This document shows positions 19,164 through 26,291 of a stretch of 32,000 bases of DNA, one piece after another (the first letter of the stretch is position 1; every line of letters starts with the position of its first letter). The DNA is from Alkalilimnicola ehrlichii MLHE-1 (GTDB lineage: Bacteria; Pseudomonadota; Gammaproteobacteria; Nitrococcales; Halorhodospiraceae), in assembly GCF_000014785.1 (NCBI RefSeq), contig NC_008340.1:660001-692000 (forward strand), read 5' to 3'. The position numbers and the translations under genes are program-made. A model generated the notes under the pieces. The model was given only the letters and a program-made list of their open reading frames with translations. It ran no database searches and was not told where the DNA came from.

Positions 19164-20904
19164 CTCGGGCAGCTCGGGGCCGAGGGGCCCGGCCCTCGCC
19201 GCCTGGCGGCCGGTGGCGTCGGCGGGCTCTGCCGACACAGACCAGGCCGGACGCATCCTGCTGCTGATGGAAGGGCGGGGCAATCGCCAGCAGCTGGCAA
19301 ACCTGCTCTCGGCCCGTTACCGCGTGGTCCAGGTCGAGGACGGCCACCTCCCGGCCGAGGGCTTCGACCTTGCCATCGCTGACGGACCAGCGCTGCTGCG
19401 CTGGCAGGATGCCCTGTACGAGGCCAAACATGCGCAGCAGCCGGTCTTTCTGCCGGTCATGCTGGTGCTCCCGCGGGCTGACCTCCGCAGTCGGGCCGGC
19501 CGCCTGCGGTCCATCGTCGATGAGTTCGTGGTCAGCCCCATCGACCGCGCCGAGTTGCTGGAACGCTTGGAGATGCTGCTGAGGGCCCGCCACCAGGCCC
19601 TGGCCCAGCGCGACCAGTTCGTCCGCATCGTCAACTACGACCGTGCCACGCGCCTGCCCAATCGCAACCTGTTCCATGAGCAGGTACGGACCGCGATTGA
19701 AGCGGCGAAGGCAAAGGGTGAGTCGGTGCACGTCGTTGCAGTGCATACGCCGTTCACCAGGGTGCTTGAGACCTTCGGCCAGCGCGGCCTCGACCACGCC
19801 GCGGCCGCCTGTGCCGAGCGCTTCTGCCACCTGGCCGGGGACGATGTGGGACTGGCGCGGCTGGGCACGGAGCACTGGGGTGCCATGCTGTTCGACGACG
19901 CGTCACCGATGGACCGGGTATTGCCCCTCTGCACCCGTCTCAGCAAGGTGGAGCGTCATCCTATCGAGGTTGCCGGTGAGCCGATCCGCCCCCAGGTCCG
20001 TATCGGCGTCGCCAGCTACCCCGACGACGGCAGCGACGCCGAGACCGTCATCAGTGCCGCCAACATCGCCGCGACACAGGCGAACGAAGGCGAGCCGGCG
20101 TTCTTTTCGCCAAGCTGGCGCGAGGCCGTGCTGGATCACCTGCGCACTGAGGCGGCTCTCCATGACGCCCTGGAGCAGGGGCAGTTCGAACTATGGCTGC
20201 AACCCAAGCTCAGGCTTGCGGACAACCGGGTTGCCGGCGCCGAGGCCCTTATCCGTTGGCGCCTGCCATCCGGCGAGCTGGTCCCGCCCGGCCAGTTCAT
20301 ACCGGTTGCTGAATCCAGCGGCCTGATCCGCCGGATCACGCCCTGGATCCTCGCCACCGCCTGCCGCACCGTCGCGGGCTTGCGGGCGGACGGAGCACGC
20401 GATTTCGTGCTGGCGGTGAACGTCACACCCGCTGATGTCAGCGCTTCGGATTTCGCGGCGCGGCTGCAGGCGCTCTGCGCGGAGCATGACCTGCCGCCGC
20501 AGGCGATCGAACTCGAGCTCACCGAAACCATGCTCTGCGAGACGGGCGCCGATACCATCGGGCGCCTGCGCGCGCTGCGGGAGGTTGGGTTCGGGATCGC
20601 CATCGACGACTTCGGCACCGGTTATTCCTCGCTCGGCTACCTGCACCAGTTGCCGGTCGATACCCTCAAGATCGACAAGCAATTCATCGATGGCGTGCCG
20701 GGCGAGGCGGGCAGCGACACGGTGACACGGGCGATCATCCATCTGGCACGCGAATTCGCGCTCGAGACCGTGGCCGAGGGTATCGAGAACGAGGACCAGC
20801 TGGCGTACCTGCGGGCGGCCGGCGTGGTCTTAGGGCAGGGCTATTACATTGCCCGGCCAATGCCAGCCAATGACTTTGCCCAGTGGTTGGCAGAATGGAA
20901 ATGA
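19147..20904 (+). CDS. Pseudo-receiver / degenerate GGDEF / EAL-domain c-di-GMP phosphodiesterase
   Basis: 17-nt overlap with the upstream ORF, with SD GGGAGGA. The REC-like N-terminus lacks DD (LLMEG) and K (VVSP). The GGDEF domain is recognisable (RLPNRNLF...) but has GTEHW at the GGDEF site. EAL motifs present: EALIRW, ELELTE, DDFGTGYSSL, KIDK, EGIE, GQGYY. Confidence 0.9.
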   Translation: MAAESDSGSSGPRGPALAAWRPVASAGSADTDQAGRILLLMEGRGNRQQLANLLSARYRVVQVEDGHLPAEGFDLAIADGPALLRWQDALYEAKHAQQPVFLPVMLVLPRADLRSRAGRLRSIVDEFVVSPIDRAELLERLEMLLRARHQALAQRDQFVRIVNYDRATRLPNRNLFHEQVRTAIEAAKAKGESVHVVAVHTPFTRVLETFGQRGLDHAAAACAERFCHLAGDDVGLARLGTEHWGAMLFDDASPMDRVLPLCTRLSKVERHPIEVAGEPIRPQVRIGVASYPDDGSDAETVISAANIAATQANEGEPAFFSPSWREAVLDHLRTEAALHDALEQGQFELWLQPKLRLADNRVAGAEALIRWRLPSGELVPPGQFIPVAESSGLIRRITPWILATACRTVAGLRADGARDFVLAVNVTPADVSASDFAARLQALCAEHDLPPQAIELELTETMLCETGADTIGRLRALREVGFGIAIDDFGTGYSSLGYLHQLPVDTLKIDKQFIDGVPGEAGSDTVTRAIIHLAREFALETVAEGIENEDQLAYLRAAGVVLGQGYYIARPMPANDFAQWLAEWK

Positions 20905-20907
20905 GGG

Positions 20908-20984
20908 TGGCGCCCCGGGCAGGATTCGAACCTGCGACCTGCCGCTTAGGAGGCGGCTGCTCTATCCTGCTGAGCTACCGGGGC
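20908..20984 (-). tRNA. tRNA-Arg (anticodon CCU)
   Basis: Hand-folded cloverleaf: acceptor GCCCCGG/CCGGGGC, D stem GCTC/GAGC, anticodon stem GCCGC/GCGGC with loop CT-CCT-AA, T arm GCAGG-TTCGAAT-CCTGC, discriminator G, encoded CCA. Length 77 nt. Confidence 0.95.
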
Positions 20985-21028
20985 AGGGCGCTGGCCAGGT
21001 ATGATAGCACGGAAGCTTCCGCCACCCG

Positions 21029-21736
21029 ATGATGAGCCCCTATATGCCCCACAGACCCCACTGGTGTGCCACCAGCGACTGCTACGTCTGCACCATCCGT
21101 GACTCCGCCCTGTTCGCCGGCCTCCGGGAGGCGGAGTTGGCTGTGGTCGAGGGCGCGATCGAGGAGGTGCCGCTGGTGCCCGGGCGCTGGTTGTACCGGG
21201 GAGGTGAGCCGGCCAACGCCGTCTTTACCGTGCGCCTGGGGCTGGTGAAACTGGTGCAGTATCTCCCCAACGGCGATCAGCGTATCGTCCGCATCGCCCG
21301 CAGCACCGACGTGCTCGGGCTGGAGGCGTTGCTGCGTCAACCCTACCAGCACGACGCCATCGTGGTGCAGCGGGGCCTGGCCTGCCGTATTCCCGTCGAG
21401 GTGCTGAACGAACTCAATATCCAGAATCCAGGCCTGCACCAGGAACTGATGCGTCGCTGGCAGGGGGCGTTGAGCGAGGCCGAGGCCTGGTTGACGGAGT
21501 TGTCTACCGGCTCCGCCCGACAGCGCGTCATCCGTTTGATCCTGCGCCTGGCGGATGCCCGGGGGGTGGGGCATGCACCGCTGTTCAATCGCAAGGACAT
21601 GGGGGCGATGCTGGGCGTGACCACCGAGTCGGCGAGCCGGGCAGTGGCGGAGCTCAAGCGCGAGGGGCTGTTGAAGGAAGGCGCCGAGGGCTTTACCTGC
21701 GACCGCCATGCGCTTGAGACTCTGATCACGGATTGA
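21029..21736 (+). CDS. Crp/Fnr family regulator with FNR-like N-terminal cysteine cluster
   Basis: The N-terminus has C13-x4-C18-x2-C21, plus a central C119. It also has a cNMP-like beta-barrel and an HTH with the FNR-type E..SR recognition motif (TTESASRAVAEL). Confidence 0.88.
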   Translation: MMSPYMPHRPHWCATSDCYVCTIRDSALFAGLREAELAVVEGAIEEVPLVPGRWLYRGGEPANAVFTVRLGLVKLVQYLPNGDQRIVRIARSTDVLGLEALLRQPYQHDAIVVQRGLACRIPVEVLNELNIQNPGLHQELMRRWQGALSEAEAWLTELSTGSARQRVIRLILRLADARGVGHAPLFNRKDMGAMLGVTTESASRAVAELKREGLLKEGAEGFTCDRHALETLITD

Positions 21737-21769
21737 TGATTTTCATCCGCCCGGATTGACGATTTTCAA
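21733..21769 (+). promoter_or_regulatory. Tandem FNR/Crp-type boxes upstream of the molybdoenzyme operon
   Basis: TTGATgattTTCAT (21733-21746, overlapping the regulator stop) and TTGACgattTTCAA (21756-21769, a perfect TTGA-N6-TCAA). Both sit inside a 23-bp direct repeat GGATTGA(T/C)GATTTTCA. A TAGTAT -10 candidate lies at 21793-21798. Confidence 0.5.
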
Positions 21770-21845
21770 TGCGGAGGAATTCTTTACCTTCTTAGTATCG
21801 TTCCTGCTTGTGGAGTCTTTTTGCTCTGCACTGGAGGATGGAACG

Positions 21846-22454
21846 ATGCGCAGTTACTTGTATTTATTAGGGGCCATCGCCTTCGATGAGCCCTCGCCCC
21901 GCCGCTTCGAGGCCGCGCGTTCACTGATCATCGCCCTGCGGGAGACGCCGCTTTCGCCGGCCTGCCGCGCAGCGGTGGACGGGCTGGAGCAGCAGCTGCA
22001 TATGGCCCCGGCGCTGGCCTGTGAGCACACCCGACTGTTCGTTCTGGGCAACCCGACCGTGGTGGCCCACCCCTACGCAGCCTACTGGCTGGAGGGCCGT
22101 TTGCTGGGTGACGTCACCATAGAGGTGGGCCGTCGCATGCAGGCCTTCGGCTTCTCCGTGACGCCGGACAGCGGGCTGCTCCCCGACCACATCGTCAGCG
22201 AACTGGAGTTCCTGGCGCTGCTGGCGGAGCAGGATACGTCGGAGTCCCGTGAAGCGGCCCAATCCTTTATCACCCGTCATATGCGCCACTGGGTGCCCGA
22301 GTTTGTTGACGCCCTGCGCCAGGCCGACCCCTCACTGCATCCGTTCTATTCCGCCTCTGTCGATCTCCTTGACGCGCTGATGGCCTGTGGTGTGGAGAAC
22401 CGCATTCCCGCCCGGGCCATACAGCGCCCCTATCACGAAACTGTTCTGAACTGA
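21846..22454 (+). CDS. TorD/DmsD-family redox enzyme maturation chaperone
   Basis: The start at 21846 (MRSYLYLLG) follows GGAGGA. The typical segment is LFVLGNP.VVAHPYAAYWLEG...LPDHIVSELEFLALL. Confidence 0.8.
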   Translation: MRSYLYLLGAIAFDEPSPRRFEAARSLIIALRETPLSPACRAAVDGLEQQLHMAPALACEHTRLFVLGNPTVVAHPYAAYWLEGRLLGDVTIEVGRRMQAFGFSVTPDSGLLPDHIVSELEFLALLAEQDTSESREAAQSFITRHMRHWVPEFVDALRQADPSLHPFYSASVDLLDALMACGVENRIPARAIQRPYHETVLN

Positions 22455-22468
22455 TCGAGGTATCTGGC

Positions 22469-24748
22469 ATGAGTGGAAAACAGGCGTTCAACCCCGGGCG
22501 CCGGGCCTTCCTGAGCGGCTCTGCCGCCGGGGTGGGCCTGAGCGTGGCCGGAGTGCCCACTCGCGCGCTGAGCCGCATCGAGGTCCCGCATCAGGTGGAG
22601 TCACTGAAGGCGACCACCGAAACCTACGGCTTCTGCGACATGTGCTTCTGGCGGTGCGGCATCAAGGTCCGCTCCCGGGATGGCCGTGCCGTCAAGATCG
22701 ACGGCAACCCGGAGCATCCGCACAATTACGGCATCGTCTGCGCCAAAGGCAATGCCGGGCCCATGTGGGCCTACGACCCGGACCGCCTCAAGTATCCCAT
22801 GCGCCGGGTCGGCAAACGCGGCGAGGGCAAGTGGGAGCGGATCAGCTGGGACGAGGCCCTGGACGAGGTGGCCGAGGGGCTGAGCCGGGTGCGCGAGCGC
22901 TACGGCGCGCACGCGTTGACCGTCATCGGTCACGGCACCTGGATGAAGCCCTATACGCGCCTGGGCGAGGCCTTTGGTACCCCCAATACCTGCAGCCCGG
23001 CCTTTGGCCTTTGCTGCGGCCCGCGACTGATCACCAATGACCTAGTGGCCGGCCGGAACCTGACCGGCAATGAGACCGTGGACCTGAAAAACTGCCGTTA
23101 CACGTTGATGCTGGGCCGTAACATCACCGAGGCCCTGCACAATGGCGAGGTGCGCGGTTGGATGGACGCCATGGCGGACGGCGCCAAGTCGGTCTATGTG
23201 GACCCGCGCTATACCGTGACCGCCTCGAAGTCACAGGAGTGGCTGCCCATCCGGCCGTTGACGGACCATGCGCTGGTGTTGGCGCTGATCCACGTCGTGA
23301 TCGAAGAGGCGCTGTACGATCGGGCCTTCGTCGACGAGTACACCATTGGGCTGGAGGAGCTGCGCCAGCGGGTACGGGGTTACACGCCGGAATGGGCGGA
23401 GGGCGAGACGGAGATCCCCGCTGCCACCATCCGCCGCATCGCCCGGGAAATGGCTGAGGCGGCCCCCCGGGTGCTGGTCTATTCCGCCCGCCGGGTTACC
23501 CGTACCGACAATCAGTTGGGTATGGGGGTGGCCATCGCCCAGCTCAACGCCCTGTTCGGGGTCTGGGACCGCTACGGTGGCATCTACACCCCGCAGACCT
23601 TCGACATCCCGGAGCCGGACCTGCCGCCCTTCGAGTACCCCAAGGCGAATCTGCCGCCGGAGTGTCTGGACGAAGAGGGCCGGGCCCTGCGTGCCGACGG
23701 TGCCGGCGTGGCCGGCCGTTACCCCCTGGCCTGGGGCTCGCGCGGGCTGGCCAATCACCTTTGGCGAACGATGGCCGAGGAGAAGCCCTATCCCATCAAG
23801 GCCTTCATTGCCGCCGGTGGCAACGGGTTTCTCAGTGGGCCCGACTACGACCTGACCCGGCGGGCACTGGAGAACCTGGATTTCTTTGTCGCCTGCGATG
23901 TCATGCCCAACGAAATGAACATGTACGCCGACATCCTGCTGCCCGAGGCCAGCTACCTGGAGCGCTATGACGACCTGCAGACCGGCGGTCAGCGTGAAGG
24001 GTACGTGGCCCTGCGGGCGCCGGCGATGAAGCCGCTCCACGAGAGCCGGGATGCCTGGACCATCTGCAAGCAGATCGCCGAGCGGCTGGGTCTGGGGCGC
24101 TACTTCCCGCACGACTCGGTGGCCGACCTGGTCGATGAACGGCTGCGCAAGGTGGGCCTGTCCCGCGAAGAGCTGGAGCGCACGGGGGTGGCCAAGATCC
24201 CCGAAGACCCGGTGAAGAACTTCCCGCGCGAGCACGGTCTGCGCTCCGAGTTCCCTACCCCGAGCGGGAAGCTGGAACTGGTGCCGAGCCGTCTGAAGGA
24301 ACTGGGTTACCTGGATGCGTTGGATTACCGCCCGCAGGTCGAACGGGCGCCGGAGGAGTTTCACCTGGCCTTTGGCCGCACCGGCGTGCATACCCACACC
24401 CGGACCCAGAACAACCTATGGCTGACCGAGTTCATGGCGGAGAACAGCCTGTGGATTCACCCCGAGGCGGCTGCCGCGCGGGGCATCCGGGAGGGGGACA
24501 CGCTGCGGGTGACGGACCGCAAGGGGCGCAGCGAGACGCTGCCGGCCAAGGTCACCCGGCGCATTCGCAAGGACACGGTGTTCATGGTGCACGGCTTCGG
24601 TGGCTTCGACCCGCGGCGACGGCAGGCCTACGGCCGTGGCGGTGCAACGTCCAACCTGATTAGCAACGACGAGGACCCCTACATCGGCTCCGCGGCCTTG
24701 GACCGGGCCCTGGTGCGGGTGGAGAAGCTCGAAGGGGGTGAGGCATGA
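22469..24748 (+). CDS. Tat-exported molybdopterin oxidoreductase catalytic subunit, PsrA/PhsA-like (thiosulfate/polysulfide reductase family)
   Basis: Twin-arginine signal GRRAFLSGSAAGVGL. N-terminal FeS motif CDMCFWRCG...VCAKG. Colinear with Salmonella PhsA as I recall it (PYPIKAF, DVMPNEMNMYADILLPEASYLER, PSGKLEL). 759 aa. Confidence 0.88.
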   Translation: MSGKQAFNPGRRAFLSGSAAGVGLSVAGVPTRALSRIEVPHQVESLKATTETYGFCDMCFWRCGIKVRSRDGRAVKIDGNPEHPHNYGIVCAKGNAGPMWAYDPDRLKYPMRRVGKRGEGKWERISWDEALDEVAEGLSRVRERYGAHALTVIGHGTWMKPYTRLGEAFGTPNTCSPAFGLCCGPRLITNDLVAGRNLTGNETVDLKNCRYTLMLGRNITEALHNGEVRGWMDAMADGAKSVYVDPRYTVTASKSQEWLPIRPLTDHALVLALIHVVIEEALYDRAFVDEYTIGLEELRQRVRGYTPEWAEGETEIPAATIRRIAREMAEAAPRVLVYSARRVTRTDNQLGMGVAIAQLNALFGVWDRYGGIYTPQTFDIPEPDLPPFEYPKANLPPECLDEEGRALRADGAGVAGRYPLAWGSRGLANHLWRTMAEEKPYPIKAFIAAGGNGFLSGPDYDLTRRALENLDFFVACDVMPNEMNMYADILLPEASYLERYDDLQTGGQREGYVALRAPAMKPLHESRDAWTICKQIAERLGLGRYFPHDSVADLVDERLRKVGLSREELERTGVAKIPEDPVKNFPREHGLRSEFPTPSGKLELVPSRLKELGYLDALDYRPQVERAPEEFHLAFGRTGVHTHTRTQNNLWLTEFMAENSLWIHPEAAAARGIREGDTLRVTDRKGRSETLPAKVTRRIRKDTVFMVHGFGGFDPRRRQAYGRGGATSNLISNDEDPYIGSAALDRALVRVEKLEGGEA

Positions 24749-25509
24749 GCAATAAACGCTACGTAATGCTGGCGGACGTCACCCGCTGCATCAACTGCAA
24801 GGCCTGCGTGGTGGCCTGTCGGGCCGAGTGGGAGACCCCGCTGGGGCAGTCCCGCGACTGGGTCGCCGAGGTGGAAGACTGCGATCAGAATGGCATGCCG
24901 GAACTGCAGTTCTTCCCCGGGCGCTGCCAGCACTGTGACGACGCCCCCTGTGTCAGCGCCTGCCCTACCGGGGCGGCCTGGAAGCGGGACGACGGCATCG
25001 TGCTGGTGGACGATCCGCTCTGCTCCGGTTGTGAGCTCTGTGTGCCGGCGTGCCCCTACGACGCCCGCTGGCTCGACCCGGAGACCGGCAAGATCAACAA
25101 GTGCACCTTCTGCCAGCCCCGCGTGGACCAGGGCCTGCAACCGGCCTGCGTGGAGACCTGCGTGGGCGGGGCGCTGCACTTTGGCGATGCCAACGACCCG
25201 GACTCCGAGGTCAGCAAACTGCTGGCGGAAAAGGAGTGGGTGCAGTTGACCACCGACGAGGTGCCCGGCAGCACGGCGCACTACTACTACACCGGGGGCA
25301 AGCCCCTGCCCCAGGCGGTGCTGCCGCACCCGGTGCAGCAGACCATCCAGGAGAAGGCAATCAGTGACGTGGTGAACCCCGCGGCCAAGGTCGGTCTGGG
25401 GGCCATGGCCGTCACGTTTGCCGCTGCCGGCGTGAAGAAACTCATCGACCGCCGCAATCAGGTGAGTCGAGACGAGCACCCGGAGACGAGCGAGCAGGAG
25501 GAACGGTGA
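24745..25509 (+). CDS. 4x[4Fe-4S] ferredoxin-type electron-transfer subunit with C-terminal TM anchor
   Basis: Four Cys clusters: CINCKACVVAC, CQHCDDAPCVSACP, CSGCELCVPACP, CTFCQPR...CVETC. The C-terminal helix is VGLGAMAVTFAAAGV. ATGA overlap with the A subunit. Confidence 0.9.
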   Translation: MSNKRYVMLADVTRCINCKACVVACRAEWETPLGQSRDWVAEVEDCDQNGMPELQFFPGRCQHCDDAPCVSACPTGAAWKRDDGIVLVDDPLCSGCELCVPACPYDARWLDPETGKINKCTFCQPRVDQGLQPACVETCVGGALHFGDANDPDSEVSKLLAEKEWVQLTTDEVPGSTAHYYYTGGKPLPQAVLPHPVQQTIQEKAISDVVNPAAKVGLGAMAVTFAAAGVKKLIDRRNQVSRDEHPETSEQEER

Positions 25510-26237
25510 TGGCGGAAGTGAAGAAAATCAGGGTCCGGGACCGATGGACCATCCGGCTGCACTGGTTCAATGCCCTCTGCTGGGCGCTGCTCGTGCCCTC
25601 CGGCCTGGGCATTATCACCGGCGACAGCCTGCGCCTGGCACCGGCCTGGTGGCCGCAGTTCCTGCAGAACCTGTTCGGCGGCAACCAGAACCTCATCCTC
25701 TTCCATGTGGTGGTGGGGGTGGCCTGGATGGTAGGTATCGGGCTGTTTATGCTGTTGCGCTGGCGCAGCGTGGTGCTGCCCTTCCTGCGCAATGTGTTGG
25801 TACTCACTCCGGGGGCGCTCTGGCACGACCTGCGCACCATGGTGATCACCATGGCGCGTCTGTTCGGGCTGATGAAAGCCGCGCCGATACCGCCGCAGGG
25901 GCGCTACAATGGCGCCCAGCGTCTGCTGGGGACGATGATCGTCTTCGCCTCCCTGGCCATCGCGGTGACCGGGCTTTACCTCTACTTCGGGCCGATGGTC
26001 TTCCATTTCCCCGACAACCCGGTCTATGGCGCCCTCTTCCGGTGGGCCCTGGTGATCCACGCCGCGGCGGTCTTCCTGGTGCTCATCGGGCTGGTGCCGC
26101 ACATTTACTTCGCCACGGTGGAGGAGCGCGAGTCGCTCGAGACCATGAAGAGCGGCTACGCGGAGGTGGACTTCATCAAGCACCACAATCCGCTCTGGTA
26201 CGAAGAGCTCAAGCGCAGCGGGCAGCTGCGGGATTGA
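25506..26237 (+). CDS. Cytochrome b-type membrane subunit (FdnI/PhsC-like, PF01292-type)
   Basis: 4-nt overlap with the B subunit. It has four TM helices with conserved His positions (RLHWFNALCW, LFHVVVG, VIHAAAV, VPHIYF). Confidence 0.8.
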   Translation: MMAEVKKIRVRDRWTIRLHWFNALCWALLVPSGLGIITGDSLRLAPAWWPQFLQNLFGGNQNLILFHVVVGVAWMVGIGLFMLLRWRSVVLPFLRNVLVLTPGALWHDLRTMVITMARLFGLMKAAPIPPQGRYNGAQRLLGTMIVFASLAIAVTGLYLYFGPMVFHFPDNPVYGALFRWALVIHAAAVFLVLIGLVPHIYFATVEERESLETMKSGYAEVDFIKHHNPLWYEELKRSGQLRD

Positions 26238-26249
26238 TGGCCCGTGAGT

Positions 26250-26284
26250 GCCTGCCGGCAGGCCAGGGAAAGCCTGCCGGCAGG
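26250..26284. repeat. Two copies of the self-complementary 13-mer GCCTGCCGGCAGG between convergent genes (likely bidirectional terminator or REP-like)
   Basis: Copies at 26250-26262 and 26272-26284, 22 bp apart. Each contains the perfect 12-bp palindrome CCTGCCGGCAGG. Confidence 0.5.
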
Positions 26285-26291
26285 CGTCGCC

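Noticed and set aside
13900-19875. Long ORFs opposite real genes: 13900-15327 (+), 15416-17179 (-), 17290-18591 (-) and 18778-19875 (-).
   Set aside because: Each is antisense to a gene with catalytic motifs (NifS, ACR3-like, KaiC-like, REC-GGDEF-EAL). They are shadow ORFs with Arg/Gly/Pro/His-rich low-complexity translations.
17111-20984. The KaiC-like/EAL block as a tRNA-Arg-borne genomic island.
   Set aside because: GC content looks host-like and there is no integrase. I could not find a repeat of the tRNA 3' end near 17111-17277; only a trivial CCCGGG match is present.
23690-23730. AGRY in the catalytic subunit (GVAGRYPLAW) as the ArrA (R/K)GRY arsenate-reductase signature.
   Set aside because: The preceding residue is Ala, not Arg or Lys. 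The context was not verified by alignment, and overall colinearity is with Phs/Psr-type enzymes. This is too weak for an Arr call.
23231-24397. 388-aa minus-strand ORF inside the molybdopterin subunit gene.
   Set aside because: It is antisense to a well-supported gene and has no recognisable motifs.
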